Of a DNA stretch of 64,000 nt, positions 1 through 11,810 are shown one piece after another (position 1 is the first letter of the stretch; each line of letters opens with the position of its first letter). The position numbers and the translations under genes are program-made. The DNA is from Amphiscolops sp. MND2022 (Eukaryota): positions 85,994,001 to 86,058,000 of the forward strand of contig OZ076410.1 of assembly GCA_964187785.1 (NCBI GenBank). Reading direction: 5' to 3'. The notes under the pieces were generated by a model. The model saw nothing but the letters and a program-made list of their open reading frames with translations, was not told the origin of the DNA and made no database searches.

Positions 1-1242
1 AAATTTCCGTGTTTGGTTTTCGACCGTAATGTAGTTCGAATGCGGACTTCTTTAGTTTCGTGTGAGGTGTTTTTCTCATCACGTCTAATGACAAGTCTAG
101 AGCTTTTCCGAATCGTTCTCCGGCCTTAATGTTCGTTAGAAGATTATCTTTCAGAGTTCTGACCCCTCTTTCTACTAAACCTGTGGGGGTGTGGATGTAC
201 GGTGTTCCGTAGATCAGTTTAATGTAGTGTTTTTTGCAGAAATTGCGGAAAGTGCGGCCCGTAAACGCAGTCGCCTTATCGGTTCTAATTGTCTTTGGTA
301 TACCGTTCAGTTGAATATATTGTTCAAGAAATTTTACCGCCGTTTCCCCGTCGGTGTGTTTGCAGAAACTGGCTGCCGGCCATTTACTGTACCGGTCAAT
401 GGATAGTAATATATAAAATTACTATTATTACTTTTATTATTACTATTATTACTATTATTACGGTTATTATCCGTGATTGGTCCGATGAAATCCAATTGGA
501 TTTCTTCGTTCGGACTATTCACCGGGGGTAGGTTATTTTTTTCCGTGCTGGGTATGTTAGGTTTTATGCTCTTACCGGACATTTTGCAGGGGATGCAAGT
601 TTCACATTTTTTCTGTATGGTTTCTGTCATCTTCGGCCACCAGAAGTGTCGAGCTGCCAGAGTCATCTTATTGATGGCTGGATGTCCTTTGTGCAAAAGG
701 CTGATGACTGTGGTTCGGAGGTTTTTTGGTACTATAATTCTGTCTTCCATGAAAACAAGACCGAACCGGCTGGATAGTTTTCTTCTGACCGTTTGATATT
801 CCTCCGGTATCATTTCGTGCTGTTGTCTTTCGAGACATACCAGGGTTTTTAGCAAGCTGGGGTCGTTTGTGATCTCATTCATCAATAGCTGCAAATCCGT
901 GGAGAAGTTCTTTTCTGTCTCCCGCACTGCGTGTTCGAGATTCCATTCATTTCGCTCTTCTGCTGCGACTCTCGGTGCGTGTCCCATCTTTACGTACTGG
1001 ACACTTTTTACCCCGACGTATCGTGCCCAATTTATTGCTGGCACCTCTAGGACCGAAGGGTCTTGGTCCGTTTCCGAGTCAATCTCACCTTCTTCCATCG
1101 GGATTGGTGCGGAGGATGGGCCAGGTTTGTCCGGTTGAACTGGGGTTGGTCGGTCCATGTCCCAATATGGGTCCACTGTCCATTGCTCGGAGTGACCGGT
1201 TTGTGGTTGATAGCCCCCTTTGTGTTGCGGTCCGATAATTTG
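1..1242 (-). pseudogene. Integrase portion of pol: linker, HHCC zinc finger and DDE core; frameshifted near 420-460
   Basis: Same frame as 1243..4509 after the TGA. HKGHPAINKM...WWPKM...CETCIPC, then QLDFIGP. After the insertion the shifted frame reads YILLSIDRYSKWP...IRTDKATAF...TPTGLVERGVRTLK...SAFELHYGRKPNTEI. Confidence 0.93.
419..460. repeat. AT-rich (AATAATAGT)n-like insertion inside the integrase
   Basis: On the minus strand AATAATAGT occurs 3 times plus a variant unit, between ...DNNR and FYILL, and shifts the frame. Confidence 0.85.
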
Positions 1243-4200
1243 TCAAAGGTCTTCTGGTTGTCGATTACTGGTAAGTTGTTGTAGTCGTTCCTCTATGACT
1301 TTCCTCTCGTTGCGAAGGAATTTAGGTTCATGGTAGCGTTTCCATCTCCCCCCGGTCATGCGGTAAATTCCGGGTTTGACAATGTCTTTCCACCGAGTCG
1401 TTAGCTCGGTTATTTCAGCGGAATTAAATCTTGCTTCGATGTTTTCGATCGTTTTAGCATCCATTTTTAATGTGGTATGCTTTAGGTTGTTTAATTTGTT
1501 TGGCTTTGAGCGTGTGTGTACGGCGCTGTTAAGGCAATCAATGGCAGTTTGTTCACGCGTGTCGTTTGTCGATGGCTCGTTGTTCGATTTGCGTTCACTT
1601 ATCTCGGTACCGTTTTCTGATTGGCTCGCATGGTTGCTAAGGCAACCGTATTTGGAGATGAAGCTGTAGTGTGGAATGATATTGTTGATTACGTATTCTT
1701 CGTCGTACGTATCGTCCGCTTGTGGTGGTAATACCGGATTTCTGCTGAGATAATCCGTGAGTGCTAAGTGTTTGCCTGCTATATGGTTTACGTTGATCGT
1801 GAAATGTGCTAACCGGTCCAACCACCGTGTTAAGCGTGCGCTATATGTTTTATTGGATCGATTTCGTTTAATTAATGGTTCTAATGCCTGGTGATCCGTC
1901 AAGAGCTTAATAGGTTTACCATAAATGTATAGACGGAAATGTTCTAGGCCCCAAACTACTGCCAGTAGTTCAAGTTCATTGATGGCGTATTTTTTTTCTG
2001 TGTCTGATAGGAAGCGACTTGCAAAACCAATGGGTTTTAGTGTTCCGTTCGGTTGTTCTTGCCATAAGGTTGCCCCTAGGCCTTTTGTGCTCGCGTCGGT
2101 TGTTATCACGTTTGGATAATCGGAGTTGTAATGTGCTAGACACGGTATTTCCGTGATCTTTTGTTTTAAATTTTCGAAAGCCCGTGTATGTTCTTCCGTC
2201 CAGAGCCATTTGGTATTTTTTTTCAGCAACTGTCTCAGACTATCGGTTTGGGCGGAAAGATTGTCAATATATTTTGACAAGTACTGGATGGCTCCCAAAA
2301 AGGATTTTAATTCCTTTTCGTTGTTCGGTTGTTTCAATTCTTTTATAGCCAGTAGTTTGTCTTGTAACGGTCGGATTCCGGCTTGATCTATCCGGTGACC
2401 GATCCATTCAATTTCTGTTTTGAAAAATTCGGATTTTGTCTCACTCAGTCTGTATCCAGCGTTTTCGAGTTTGGTTAGAACGTCAATTAATTCTTTCATG
2501 TGTTCTTCTTTGGATCCTTTCGTTACCACGATGATATCGTCTAGCCATGCTGGATGTTTGTTTTCCAGTGTTTGGTCGATCTTTTCTTGGAATATCGTCG
2601 GTATATCCGCTAACCCGTAAAATCCTTTCATGAAGCGGTAGTAACCGGTGAAGTTTCCTCCGGTTACAGCGAATATGCACAAGTTTCTGGCTGATTTTGA
2701 AAGTATGAGCTGACCGTAAGCATAATCTAAATCGAATTTGGAAATCCAGATTTCATCTGCTGGACCGTCTGCTATTTTTCTCGATATTCTCGAAATTAGC
2801 TCTTCCATGTTTGGCATTTGAGCTTTTCGTTTCACGGTTATTTCGTTTAGTTTTCTTGAATCTAACGCAATTTTTACGGATTTATCTTTCTTTACCGTGA
2901 TGACTGCTGGGCTCACGAAGCAATTTTCATCAATATTGTTGGCCTTTTCAATGTGGCCTTGTTTTATTAACTTTTCTATTTCTTTTTCCACCGATTGTTG
3001 CAAATGTATCGGTATGGGTCTTCCCTTCTGTTGTATCAATTTGGCATTTTCTTTCAGTTGTATTTTCACTTCTAACCCGTTTACTGTATGGTTTTCATTG
3101 AACAGCTTTTTGAATTTTGTTTTTAATTTTGTTACATCTGTGTCTTCTTTTATTCGATGTATTTGTGAGACGGTCGTACCGGTCTCCAGCGTTATTCCCA
3201 ATTTTTTCATCCAATCCAAACCTAGCAGGGGGTTTGTTTTCTTGGTTGTTACTAGAAGCTCCAGTTCTTTTCGTGTTCCGTTAATTTCTACTTTCGCGGT
3301 TGTTTTCCCTTCAAATCGTATCCGGTTGTCATTCACGTCCCGGTATTCGGTTTCTAAAGGGTGTAACGGTGTTAACTTGTTGAATTGTGATTTTGGTATT
3401 AGCGTTACTGGTGAACCGCTGTCTATTATGAATTTGATTGGTCGGTTGTTAACCAATGCGGTAATTGTGAAGAATTCCGGTCCGTTGTTGCTCATCGACC
3501 GGGTTGAATGTATCTTTTGTTTTACTGAATGGATTGTGTTCGGTGTCCAGTCGTCTTCTCCTGCGCTGCTTGTTTCACCTTCCATTAAGTGGTTTACTCT
3601 TTTGTTTGCGCGGCAGCTTTTAGCGAAATGGCCAATTTTGCTACATTTTGCGCATTTCTTTCCTCTGGCGGGACATTCATGTTGACGTGACCAGTTCGGT
3701 GCTCCGCAACGGTTGCAGTCAATCTTTTTAAATTTTGCCGGTTTTTCTGGTTGTTCTTTTGTGGTTTTTGTTTTTCGTTTGTTTACATATCGGATTTTCT
3801 TCTCTTCCTCTGTTTCAGGTGAGTCGTTTAATTTTTCGTACATATACTCATGTATTGCATCGGTTATGGATTCTACCGACATATCACTCTTTCTAATTTT
3901 CTTTATTAAGTCGTAGTCACCGGTTGATTTACCGATCAGTGACAAAAATTTTGATGCTAAGAGCTCTGCTGCGGTAACTGTTTCAAACTCGCAGTTCTTT
4001 TCCACTTCTAATATCCGTTTCCATACATCTGCTGCAGTTTCGCCGTCTTCCCGTTTCAAATCAAAGAAATCGGCTCTGCTATGGTGTACGTTCCTCTCTG
4101 GGGTGAAGTGTAGTCGGAAGAGTGTGTAGAGTTTGTATAGCGGTAATGAGCTCGGTTCTCTTTCCCTGACCGTCTTTGTCATCTCCGTGATAGCATTTTG

Positions 4201-4509
4201 TCCGATTGCCCAGATAAAAGTGTCTTTTATATCTGTTTCGAGTTGTTCACGGTATTGTGGTAGGATTTCTTTGCTGTTCGTCATGGTTGACAAGTCTATG
4301 TCTTTCGTCATTTTTATATATTGGACGAATTTTCTCCACCACATGTTTGCATTGGCTTGGTCTTGCTTTTCTAGCGTGGGAATGGTGAGCTTCTGGGTGC
4401 AGGTCCGGTCTGCCGTCCTGTTCATTGTGTCGTTCGGTAACGTTTGTCCGTCTCGTTGTGTTCCCGTTGACGTCTGTGTGTTCTCTCCGTCTCCCGTGTT
4501 TTCGTCCAT
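1243..4509 (-). CDS. Gag-Pol polyprotein (gag, aspartic protease, RT, RNase H), ended by a premature in-frame TGA
   Basis: 1088-aa ORF: knuckles CNRCGAPNWSRQHEC and CAKCSKIGHFAKSC; protease IIDSGSPVTLI; RT motifs KFDLDYAYGQL, GFYGL, AWLDDII; RNase H TDASTKGLGA, YAINELELLAVVWG, DHQAL, LTDYLSR. Confidence 0.95.
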   Translation of the reverse strand: MDENTGDGENTQTSTGTQRDGQTLPNDTMNRTADRTCTQKLTIPTLEKQDQANANMWWRKFVQYIKMTKDIDLSTMTNSKEILPQYREQLETDIKDTFIWAIGQNAITEMTKTVREREPSSLPLYKLYTLFRLHFTPERNVHHSRADFFDLKREDGETAADVWKRILEVEKNCEFETVTAAELLASKFLSLIGKSTGDYDLIKKIRKSDMSVESITDAIHEYMYEKLNDSPETEEEKKIRYVNKRKTKTTKEQPEKPAKFKKIDCNRCGAPNWSRQHECPARGKKCAKCSKIGHFAKSCRANKRVNHLMEGETSSAGEDDWTPNTIHSVKQKIHSTRSMSNNGPEFFTITALVNNRPIKFIIDSGSPVTLIPKSQFNKLTPLHPLETEYRDVNDNRIRFEGKTTAKVEINGTRKELELLVTTKKTNPLLGLDWMKKLGITLETGTTVSQIHRIKEDTDVTKLKTKFKKLFNENHTVNGLEVKIQLKENAKLIQQKGRPIPIHLQQSVEKEIEKLIKQGHIEKANNIDENCFVSPAVITVKKDKSVKIALDSRKLNEITVKRKAQMPNMEELISRISRKIADGPADEIWISKFDLDYAYGQLILSKSARNLCIFAVTGGNFTGYYRFMKGFYGLADIPTIFQEKIDQTLENKHPAWLDDIIVVTKGSKEEHMKELIDVLTKLENAGYRLSETKSEFFKTEIEWIGHRIDQAGIRPLQDKLLAIKELKQPNNEKELKSFLGAIQYLSKYIDNLSAQTDSLRQLLKKNTKWLWTEEHTRAFENLKQKITEIPCLAHYNSDYPNVITTDASTKGLGATLWQEQPNGTLKPIGFASRFLSDTEKKYAINELELLAVVWGLEHFRLYIYGKPIKLLTDHQALEPLIKRNRSNKTYSARLTRWLDRLAHFTINVNHIAGKHLALTDYLSRNPVLPPQADDTYDEEYVINNIIPHYSFISKYGCLSNHASQSENGTEISERKSNNEPSTNDTREQTAIDCLNSAVHTRSKPNKLNNLKHTTLKMDAKTIENIEARFNSAEITELTTRWKDIVKPGIYRMTGGRWKRYHEPKFLRNERKVIEERLQQLTSNRQPEDL

Positions 4510-4565
4510 TTTGAATGGTTACTTTCTCTTCTTTGGTGTGAATCGTGTATAGCTTGAACGCTATT

Positions 4566-4577
4566 CTGACTGCGCCA
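4566..4577 (-). promoter_or_regulatory. Primer binding site TGGCGCAGTCAG, probably tRNA-Ser
   Basis: Directly follows the LTR end ...ACAACA on the minus strand; first 10 nt are complementary to GACTGCG-CCA, the 3' end of invertebrate tRNA-Ser(AGA). Confidence 0.8.
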
Positions 4578-4800
4578 TGTTGTAATCTAGCTTTACGGTT
4601 AAAGAAGTATCTCAGTACAAAACTCAATTGTTTTCTAGCTTACTATCCAAGCTTTCTGATGGTAGATCATCTGCGCTTAAGTGGCAGGTATTTAAATAAA
4701 AGAACATCAATTACAAATGTAGTAGACAGTTTATAGACTAATTAAGTTAATTGTCTGTACTCTCTACAACGTGAATGACGTGATTACGTACCAAACAACA
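4578..4800 (-). repeat. 5' LTR of element A (223 bp)
   Basis: Bounded by TGTTGT...ACAACA inverted termini and adjacent to the PBS. Confidence 0.92.
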
Positions 4801-4974
4801 TATGAGCAAAGGACACAAAAGTAAAAGTCTAAATATCATACAAATAAACTTAGTTTCATATATTAATAATTTAGTTCGTTGTGATGGGAATTAAACTGAT
4901 AAAGAAACGCAATCAAAGTTTTGATTGAGCATGTCTTCGTGACTAGCGTGCATGTAACGAGTAGCGTTCTACAG

Positions 4975-5120
4975 TAGCGTTTTGAAATATCGCAACTCAA
5001 TTGTCTGAAAACTCAAACTTCAAACATCTTGCAAACTGTCGCACATAATAAAAATTATCAGCTAGAAAAAGTTCTGAGAATTTAATTTAGTTTACAAAAA
5101 TGTTTGTTTGAAATTTTTAC
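4975..5120. repeat. Dispersed repeat, copy 1 (copy 2 at ~9690-9845)
   Basis: Shared blocks TAGCGTT..AAATATCGCAAC, CAAACATCT..AAACTGTC and TTAGTTTACAAAAAT.TTTGTTTGAAATTT. Confidence 0.7.
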
Positions 5121-8100
5121 AACACTGTTTTGACAAAAAATCGAAAATGCGAAGTATTTTACCGTAAGTTCCGACAGGGGTGTTCAAAACTAATTTCGGG
5201 AAAAATAGTGCAAAAAATAATACGAAAAAAAAGTTGAGCTCTAAAAAATTTAGACCTTAATATCAATCACATCGCGTTTCTTTTGATGGTGGATTCTCAA
5301 ATAAGATAAGAGCAGTAGTAGTTTTCAATTACAGATAAATGCAGAAAAGACAATTACAGGAAAGAAACTAAACGGTTACGAAACGAGAGTTGGTGGAACC
5401 TAGTGTATTCTTCTAGTGTATCTACTGGGGGAAGATATTATTACTATCCCGGACTTATTGCAGTTAGTTTCGTGGAAAACATTTTTCTGTAGCCCTGATC
5501 ACATTGCGTTTGTTTAGATCATACTTCCAAACAAACAACACAAATCAAATCCACTCAATTTCTCTCCTTTTTCAGATACTGTTGGTGATAGTTTGTTCTG
5601 ATAAATTTTGTGTTTGCTTCACATGTTTTTTAAATTGATTTTCTGTTTTGTGAGGATTTTTTGGAAACTTGGTCATTGGTTATTTCATTATTGACATTTA
5701 AACACGATTACAAGGTAATTTAAGTTTTGAAATCGAAAAAAAGTTATTTTCCGTTAGTTCCCCAATAGTTTTAATAAGTTTTGTTAAAGGTTTCCCCTAT
5801 AGTTTTAATAGGCGCGAAACTTTTAATTCAGTTTTTGAAGGGATGTGGTTACTAGATAGATGAATATGCAGTAGGTAACTCTAGAAAAATTAAACAACAA
5901 TTGACTCGTTACAGGTCGTTTTCAAACTTTTCAAACTATTTTGATTTCTTCTCTTTCAAATTTTCTCTGGTATTTACAATATTCTACATTCACTGGATTT
6001 CAAAGTCTAAACTGAGAGCTGTATTGGCATAACACTTTCTTTTATTCCAAAACTGCGGAGATAATTCATTCGTTCTCAAACATCAATAACTTAAACAATT
6101 GTTTTTACTGACTTAGTTTAATTGGAAGTAAGGTTACTTGGTCACGCGCAAGGTTTTTTTCATTTAATTTGTGGGTTGTTTGAGTGAAAGGATAAAACAA
6201 ATTTTCGAAGACAAAGCAAGGTAGATGAAAGACAGAGTGAAGGAAGTCACGACGTGTTTTGTCGCGAATTCGATTTCATTGATTATTCAATACCCAAACA
6301 CCAAACTGATCACTGGTGAAGCTTCGTTCAAAATTTCGACCCTCAAAATTAAACCCGAAAAATCTTTGGTACTGTTTGTGGAGTAGAAATATCTTTCTGT
6401 TATTGGTTTCTCGACTCGATGACAAACACGCGATCCGCAGTGAGTGCCGTGATGCTTGTATTAAAGTCATTGGGATGTTAGTTTCACAGCTTTGTTGCTT
6501 TTGAACTTTGTAATTGAAGCTGTTGATGTTTTCCAATTCGGAAATTCCTTATATGTTCTTTATCCAAATTCCAAAAGAACACGTCATTTCGAAAATAGTT
6601 TTTTTGATTTCATGAAATTTTTGCTTTTGTGTTTTTCTCGATACGGTGGACAGAGCCGATTTAGTGGGACCTAGACCCCTTTGTTCAGTAGGCCTGGGTG
6701 GGAAGGGCATTAGATGGGACATAGAAGGTGGGACCTCCATTGAGACATAGAAAAAAATGAATGAAACTGGAAAAGAACCTACTCGAGTCAATATTCCACC
6801 AAGTGCTTGCCACTGGCACATTGGCTTCCTTTTCAGACAAACGTGGGAGGAGAAGTGAATATCTATGGTGATCAAATTGCAGCAAACTTTATTTAAAACA
6901 TTTACAACCAAACTTATTCTATGTGTTTTTTTCAAATGTAATTATGTTTGTCTTTGTTGAAAAAAAAATATTATTTCTTTATTCACATTCGCGTTTAGTC
7001 TAGTGCTCGCTTGTGTTTGTATTCTTCCCAGGACATAGGTCCAATAAAGTTGGTGCAATAAAATTGATCCAATAATAAATTGAAATTGACGTATCCTATA
7101 TTGACTGCCAGTTAGAAGTTGCTCTGGCATTTGTTGCTGAAAAAGTTGAAATCAACGCCTTTTCAACAATTGTAACTTGCTCCAAGCGTGAATTCTCGCT
7201 ACTTCGGCAAAATTATGAAAAAAGATGGTCACTGTTTTGCTGGAAGTGCCAGAACAGCTGTAAAGACAATGATCTAAGTTTTTACTCTCATCTAATTTTA
7301 TTATTACATGAAAATATGAGTGTTTTGATTAGTTTTCTAATGAAACTATAATTTTTGTTATCAGCGAAAAACGGGTATCATAAAAATCAACTTATGCTCT
7401 GAACATCACAAACAGACCCAACTTTGTGACTCACAGTTCAAATATTCACTGTGCTCAGTTATTTCTAATAAGGGCAAATGTTCTTCAATTATATTGACTG
7501 AGGAAATTTTAAATTAATCGCTCTCAGTATTAGTTATCTCATGAAAAACTAATATTTATTTCAACAGGTCCAAAAAGAATTATTTTTTATTCATTTCAAT
7601 GTAGCAAAGCTTTTAACATATATACAAGAAATATTCTGACCCATAAAGATTTATTGAACACGCCTGCCTTGACGGAATAAGATACATGGTACAAGAGTTT
7701 AACTGCATGCCCATTTAAATAATTTGGCCCCCAGGGTTGGAAAAGAACTTTTGATATCTTTTTCTGGTAAAAGAGTACTTCATTTCAAAATGAATAAACT
7801 TCGATTCAGTCTTTAACAGAATGGGAACAGGTGCTAAAGTAGGCAACAGCAGACACTTACCTCGGTTTCCTGGAGCAGGTCGACCGCTGCCAATTTGGAG
7901 CTTCAACTTACCAGAGTGTTAACATGTTGCTCTGAACAATAGTCCCCTATATACGGTAAAGTAACTTGAATATATAACGCAATACATGTAATCAACCCAC
8001 CCTGCTTTCAATCACATTTCGTTTGTTTTAGCTCATACCATACTGTTATTAAGAAAAATACATTTTTTTATAAAAGAGACCGAGAGACATCATGGAGATT

Positions 8101-9689
8101 AGGTTAGAGTTTCCTTTTTTCAGAGACCATACTGAAAGCTTCCACAATTTGACTTTGTTGGAATTGACGTCTCCTAATTGATTGTAAGTGTTTCATGCAA
8201 TAATTCACTTCAGAGTTTGAAAACACTATTTTCAGGATTATGGAACTTGTATCAGGCCTTACTAAAAACTAATGTCTCCTAACAGCTATGGCCCTACCAT
8301 AATACGCCCATAATACTACCTGTGAAGCTGAAAGATAACTTGTGTGGGATGCTGTTGGATGTTGATTTCCTTTCTTCATTATTTGAAGTACTATAAATGC
8401 CCTAATTTATGTGTTTTATTGCAAATAGGGCAATTTTCATAGCTTATGTTATAAGGGCGGCCAAAAAATCCTCATAGCATAACAGGAAGGCCTTACTTGT
8501 ATGTACATTTAGACAATAATTAAACCATTTTGGTCTGATTCTAAAAAACTAGGGTTGGCAAAAAAAACAGTTTTGTATCATATTCTTCAAACTGACAATT
8601 GGCATAGTAAAAAACATGTTTTTATGTTTTTGAACCGCCGAGCAAAAAACTCTCACGTTTCAAGAGCTCAATTGAACAAACAAACTGCAACTCAAAATTT
8701 CAAAAAATTTCCGTTTTAATGGTGATACAAAAAAACGTGTTTTTCAGCTTTTCCGACTCGCGCTGGGCGCGAAGTTTCCCTTGAGTTGGCCGTAAGTCTG
8801 AAAAAATTCTTTCCTGGCGATACGAGGATCCAACGGCTGACACTATTGACTTGGTGACATTCACAATGGATTCTGGAAAACAATTTCTAAACACACTTTT
8901 CCACAAAAGAGTATCTTGTGGAAGAGGAAATGTTTTACAACGTTGTTTTTTGATGTTTTAAAAGTTTCTAAGGGACCTGTCTTGAAAAAATGTTTCAAAA
9001 CAGTCAACCCTGAACAAATGTATTGGAACACTGATTGTGAGAAACGGTTTGGACTGAATCAAAGGTACCACACTTCCCCAAATATTATTTTCTGCCAAAA
9101 ACTAAAAAAATGAAAGTTTCTTAATTTTTCGATGGGTGTTTAAAATCGTTGAGGCAACCAGAGTTGATGGGACATAGATACTTTTTCATTAAGCCTTGGT
9201 GGGACGGGCATTACGTGAGACATTAAAGGTTCGTAATATGCATGATTTAAAGTGAATGAATTAATGAAGAATTAGGTAGGTTACTGTAAGGTTAGAGCAT
9301 TAGATTCGAAGTTTGGCAATAGGAGTTCGGTTCCGGATCCCGTCATATAATTGATTATTTCGAAAACAGAAACATACATTTTGAAACAATGTTCACTTTG
9401 CTCTCTCGATCTTGGTATTCTTTTTAAGCAACTTTTGTTCCTTTGACAGTTTAATCATACTATCTGGATGTTATTCTATGCTATTGTGGGCCAACCATTG
9501 ACAATAGAATGTTGTCTATCTTTTGTTTTTTAAAACGAGTTTTAGTCTCCGATGATTACATTTCATTTAAAAAGTGGGACTTCCTATGACATAGTGCAAA
9601 ATTGCGTTTCTTTGAGCCAAGACTTCTAGTGAACCAAACAAGACAAATCAACATTCACATTGTGTTTATTTCAGATAATTTTTCCACCG

Positions 9690-9845
9690 TAGCGTTCTAA
9701 AATATCGCAACCTTATTGCTTAAAAAAAGTCCAACTTCAAACCCAAACATCTGGTAAACTGTCACGAATACAAAAGTTTGCCAGGTAGGAAACTTTCCTG
9801 AAATTTTACTTAGTTTACAAAAATATTTGTTTGAAATTTCAACGA
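9690..9845. repeat. Dispersed repeat, copy 2 (matches 4975-5120)
   Basis: Colinear similarity by eye to 4975-5120. Confidence 0.7.
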
Positions 9846-10654
9846 ACCCGACTGAAAAAGGTAAACAGTGCAGTTTTTTGAGTGTTTCCATTGGAGTTTG
9901 AAAAACGAGTAGCGTAGAATTGACATTTTTGTGGCTCATAGGACTGAAAAACGCCTTTTGGCATTGGGAGCTGCTAAGCTGCATTCCCTGCAAAACTTCG
10001 ATGGAAAATCAGTTTCGATGAAACTTCATTTTCAGTTAATACAAGCGGTTTTCACTACTTCCATGCAAAAACATAGTGAAAAACGCGACTAACAATTCTT
10101 TAAGTCGTAACGTTTGAAAAGTTGCTATCTGTCGGTGTTTTATCAACGAGCGCCCATAAGCGTTTTCGATTGGCCTCAAAGTTTAAAATTATGTATCCCA
10201 CAGAATGTCAGTACCTATTGACAAAACTTTGCGTTTCGCGAACTTTGTATTCATTCCACATAACTCAGATATTATCATGCAAAATTGGTCAAAATAATTA
10301 CGTCATGTGTCGTGCCGCGAGTTCATTTTTGAAAACTTCCCATGACAAGTGGATGCGTCCAAATTATGGAGCTACGAAGATCAATCCACAGAAAGTTGTG
10401 AATTATTTTTGTTAATTGTTCGTAGTTTTCACAATGCACCTGCACTAGTTTCGGTGCGTCAATCTACTGTCGGAAACATTTGCATTTTTCCGCAGCATTT
10501 TTGGCAGACTATACCTGTCTGTGTTTCATTTCGTTGTGGGGCTTTTGGCATATTCTATTCCTTTGTTTATAGATTTTGTCAGGTGATATATGATTCATGT
10601 TGTCCTTGGATGATCTATTTTAGCCTTAGTCCTTAAAAATCCCCATTAAAGTTA

Positions 10655-11810
10655 CCAGGATCTCAAGGTGTGGAGTATAACAGGCCGACATAATAATGGC
10701 TGGAAATGTTAAGTTCTTGAATGACTTCAGTTTTTTGTTTCAGAATTCAGATGAAGAAATTCTTCGGTTATATTGAACTTCCCGCTTCTTCTAGTTTTCC
10801 CAGCTACAAGAACCATCCTCGGGACAAAATCATGGATGACGTGAGACTTCGGATTTAGCAAGGTGCCGAAAAACAAAAAAAAAGAAAAATCAAACAATTT
10901 CAGAAAAAGTTTCAACTTTGGATCTAGTTCAGAAAATACATTCAATGATTGTGGAATTTCTCGAGAAAGACCTTACTCAAAAATTGTTACAATATAAGGA
11001 ACTTTCGGCAATGAACTTCATGCTTCTATCATTCAGATTAAATTGTAGATCAGGCCCGTTTCTCAACTTGACATGGGAATGAGTTGATGTCCTTAAAGAA
11101 ACCGGAAGCCTTGACACAGATAGACATAGAACCGGAACTCATTGCGATATGACTATACGAATAGAAGCAGATCAGTTCCGGTGGCTGAGAAAAGAGAGAT
11201 TTCAAGTGCTCTCCAACACTGGTCTTTCCGACTTCGCGTAACACGGTTGACCACTCCATGTCTCGAACCATAAGATCAGTGCTAGAAAATTTGTTTCACG
11301 AAATGAAAGACATAGTAAAGACTTTCACGCAACTGCTGTAAGGGAAATGTGGGACGCGCATTTCAATCGAAATAGAGACTCGCTTGGACACGTGTTTGCA
11401 GCTCATCTCGATCAAACAGGACACACTGAATCCACTGCAGTAAAAAACTATAGTTGGCCGCAAAAAATGAGACTAGGAAAAATGCATATAAAATTTGAAC
11501 TACTGAACGTATGAACTTAATAAATATATGCTTTTGAAGATAAATGTTGTGCCTGCTAAAGGTCCGATGTCAAAAAAAGCAGTTTCCGCAATGTTGAAGA
11601 GTTCTCCGCCAGACCTTAGTGCGTCGTCAATGAAAATGATCTATGACAGAGTGAAATATGCTAGCAATGAGTATCTCAATCGAATAAAACCCTCAAAAGC
11701 TGTTAGTTATGGTTTGACACGCTTCCTTGCAATTTTTCATGATTGTTTTTTGAATCTCATATCCATTTACCTTGAATCAAAAGCTGCTGAGGCCCTCGAC
11801 TCGAATTGAA
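10655..11810 (+). pseudogene. Tyrosine recombinase (YR) gene of a eukaryotic YR mobile element, with stops and frameshifts
   Basis: Manual translation: NFMLLSFRLNCRSGPFLNLTWE* (catalytic R, 11041-11055), DRHRTG, LVFPTSRN, DFHATAVREMW, QTGHTESTAVKNY (H and Y nucleophile, 11419-11451). ORF 11528-11809 may be the C-terminal tail. Confidence 0.82.

Larger units (their letters stand above)
1..4800 (-). mobile_element. Ty3/Gypsy LTR retrotransposon (element A); 3' part runs off the window start
   Basis: 5' LTR 4578-4800, PBS, then gag with zinc knuckles, protease, RT, RNase H and integrase in Gypsy order PR-RT-RH-IN. Confidence 0.97.

Noticed and set aside
2897-3685. 262-aa plus-strand ORF (also 473-796, 869-1138, 4133-4552)
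   Set aside because: Antisense shadows of the gag-pol frame; hydrophobic F/V/S-rich composition is typical of the reverse complement of an A-rich gene.
6660-6750. Similarity to 9165-9230 (GGGACATAGA / GGTGGGA.GGGCATTA)
   Set aside because: Short fragments of some dispersed repeat; ends and class cannot be defined.
8550-9120. hAT/MITE-like element starting TAGGGTTGGCAA
   Set aside because: No matching inverted end or TSD was found.
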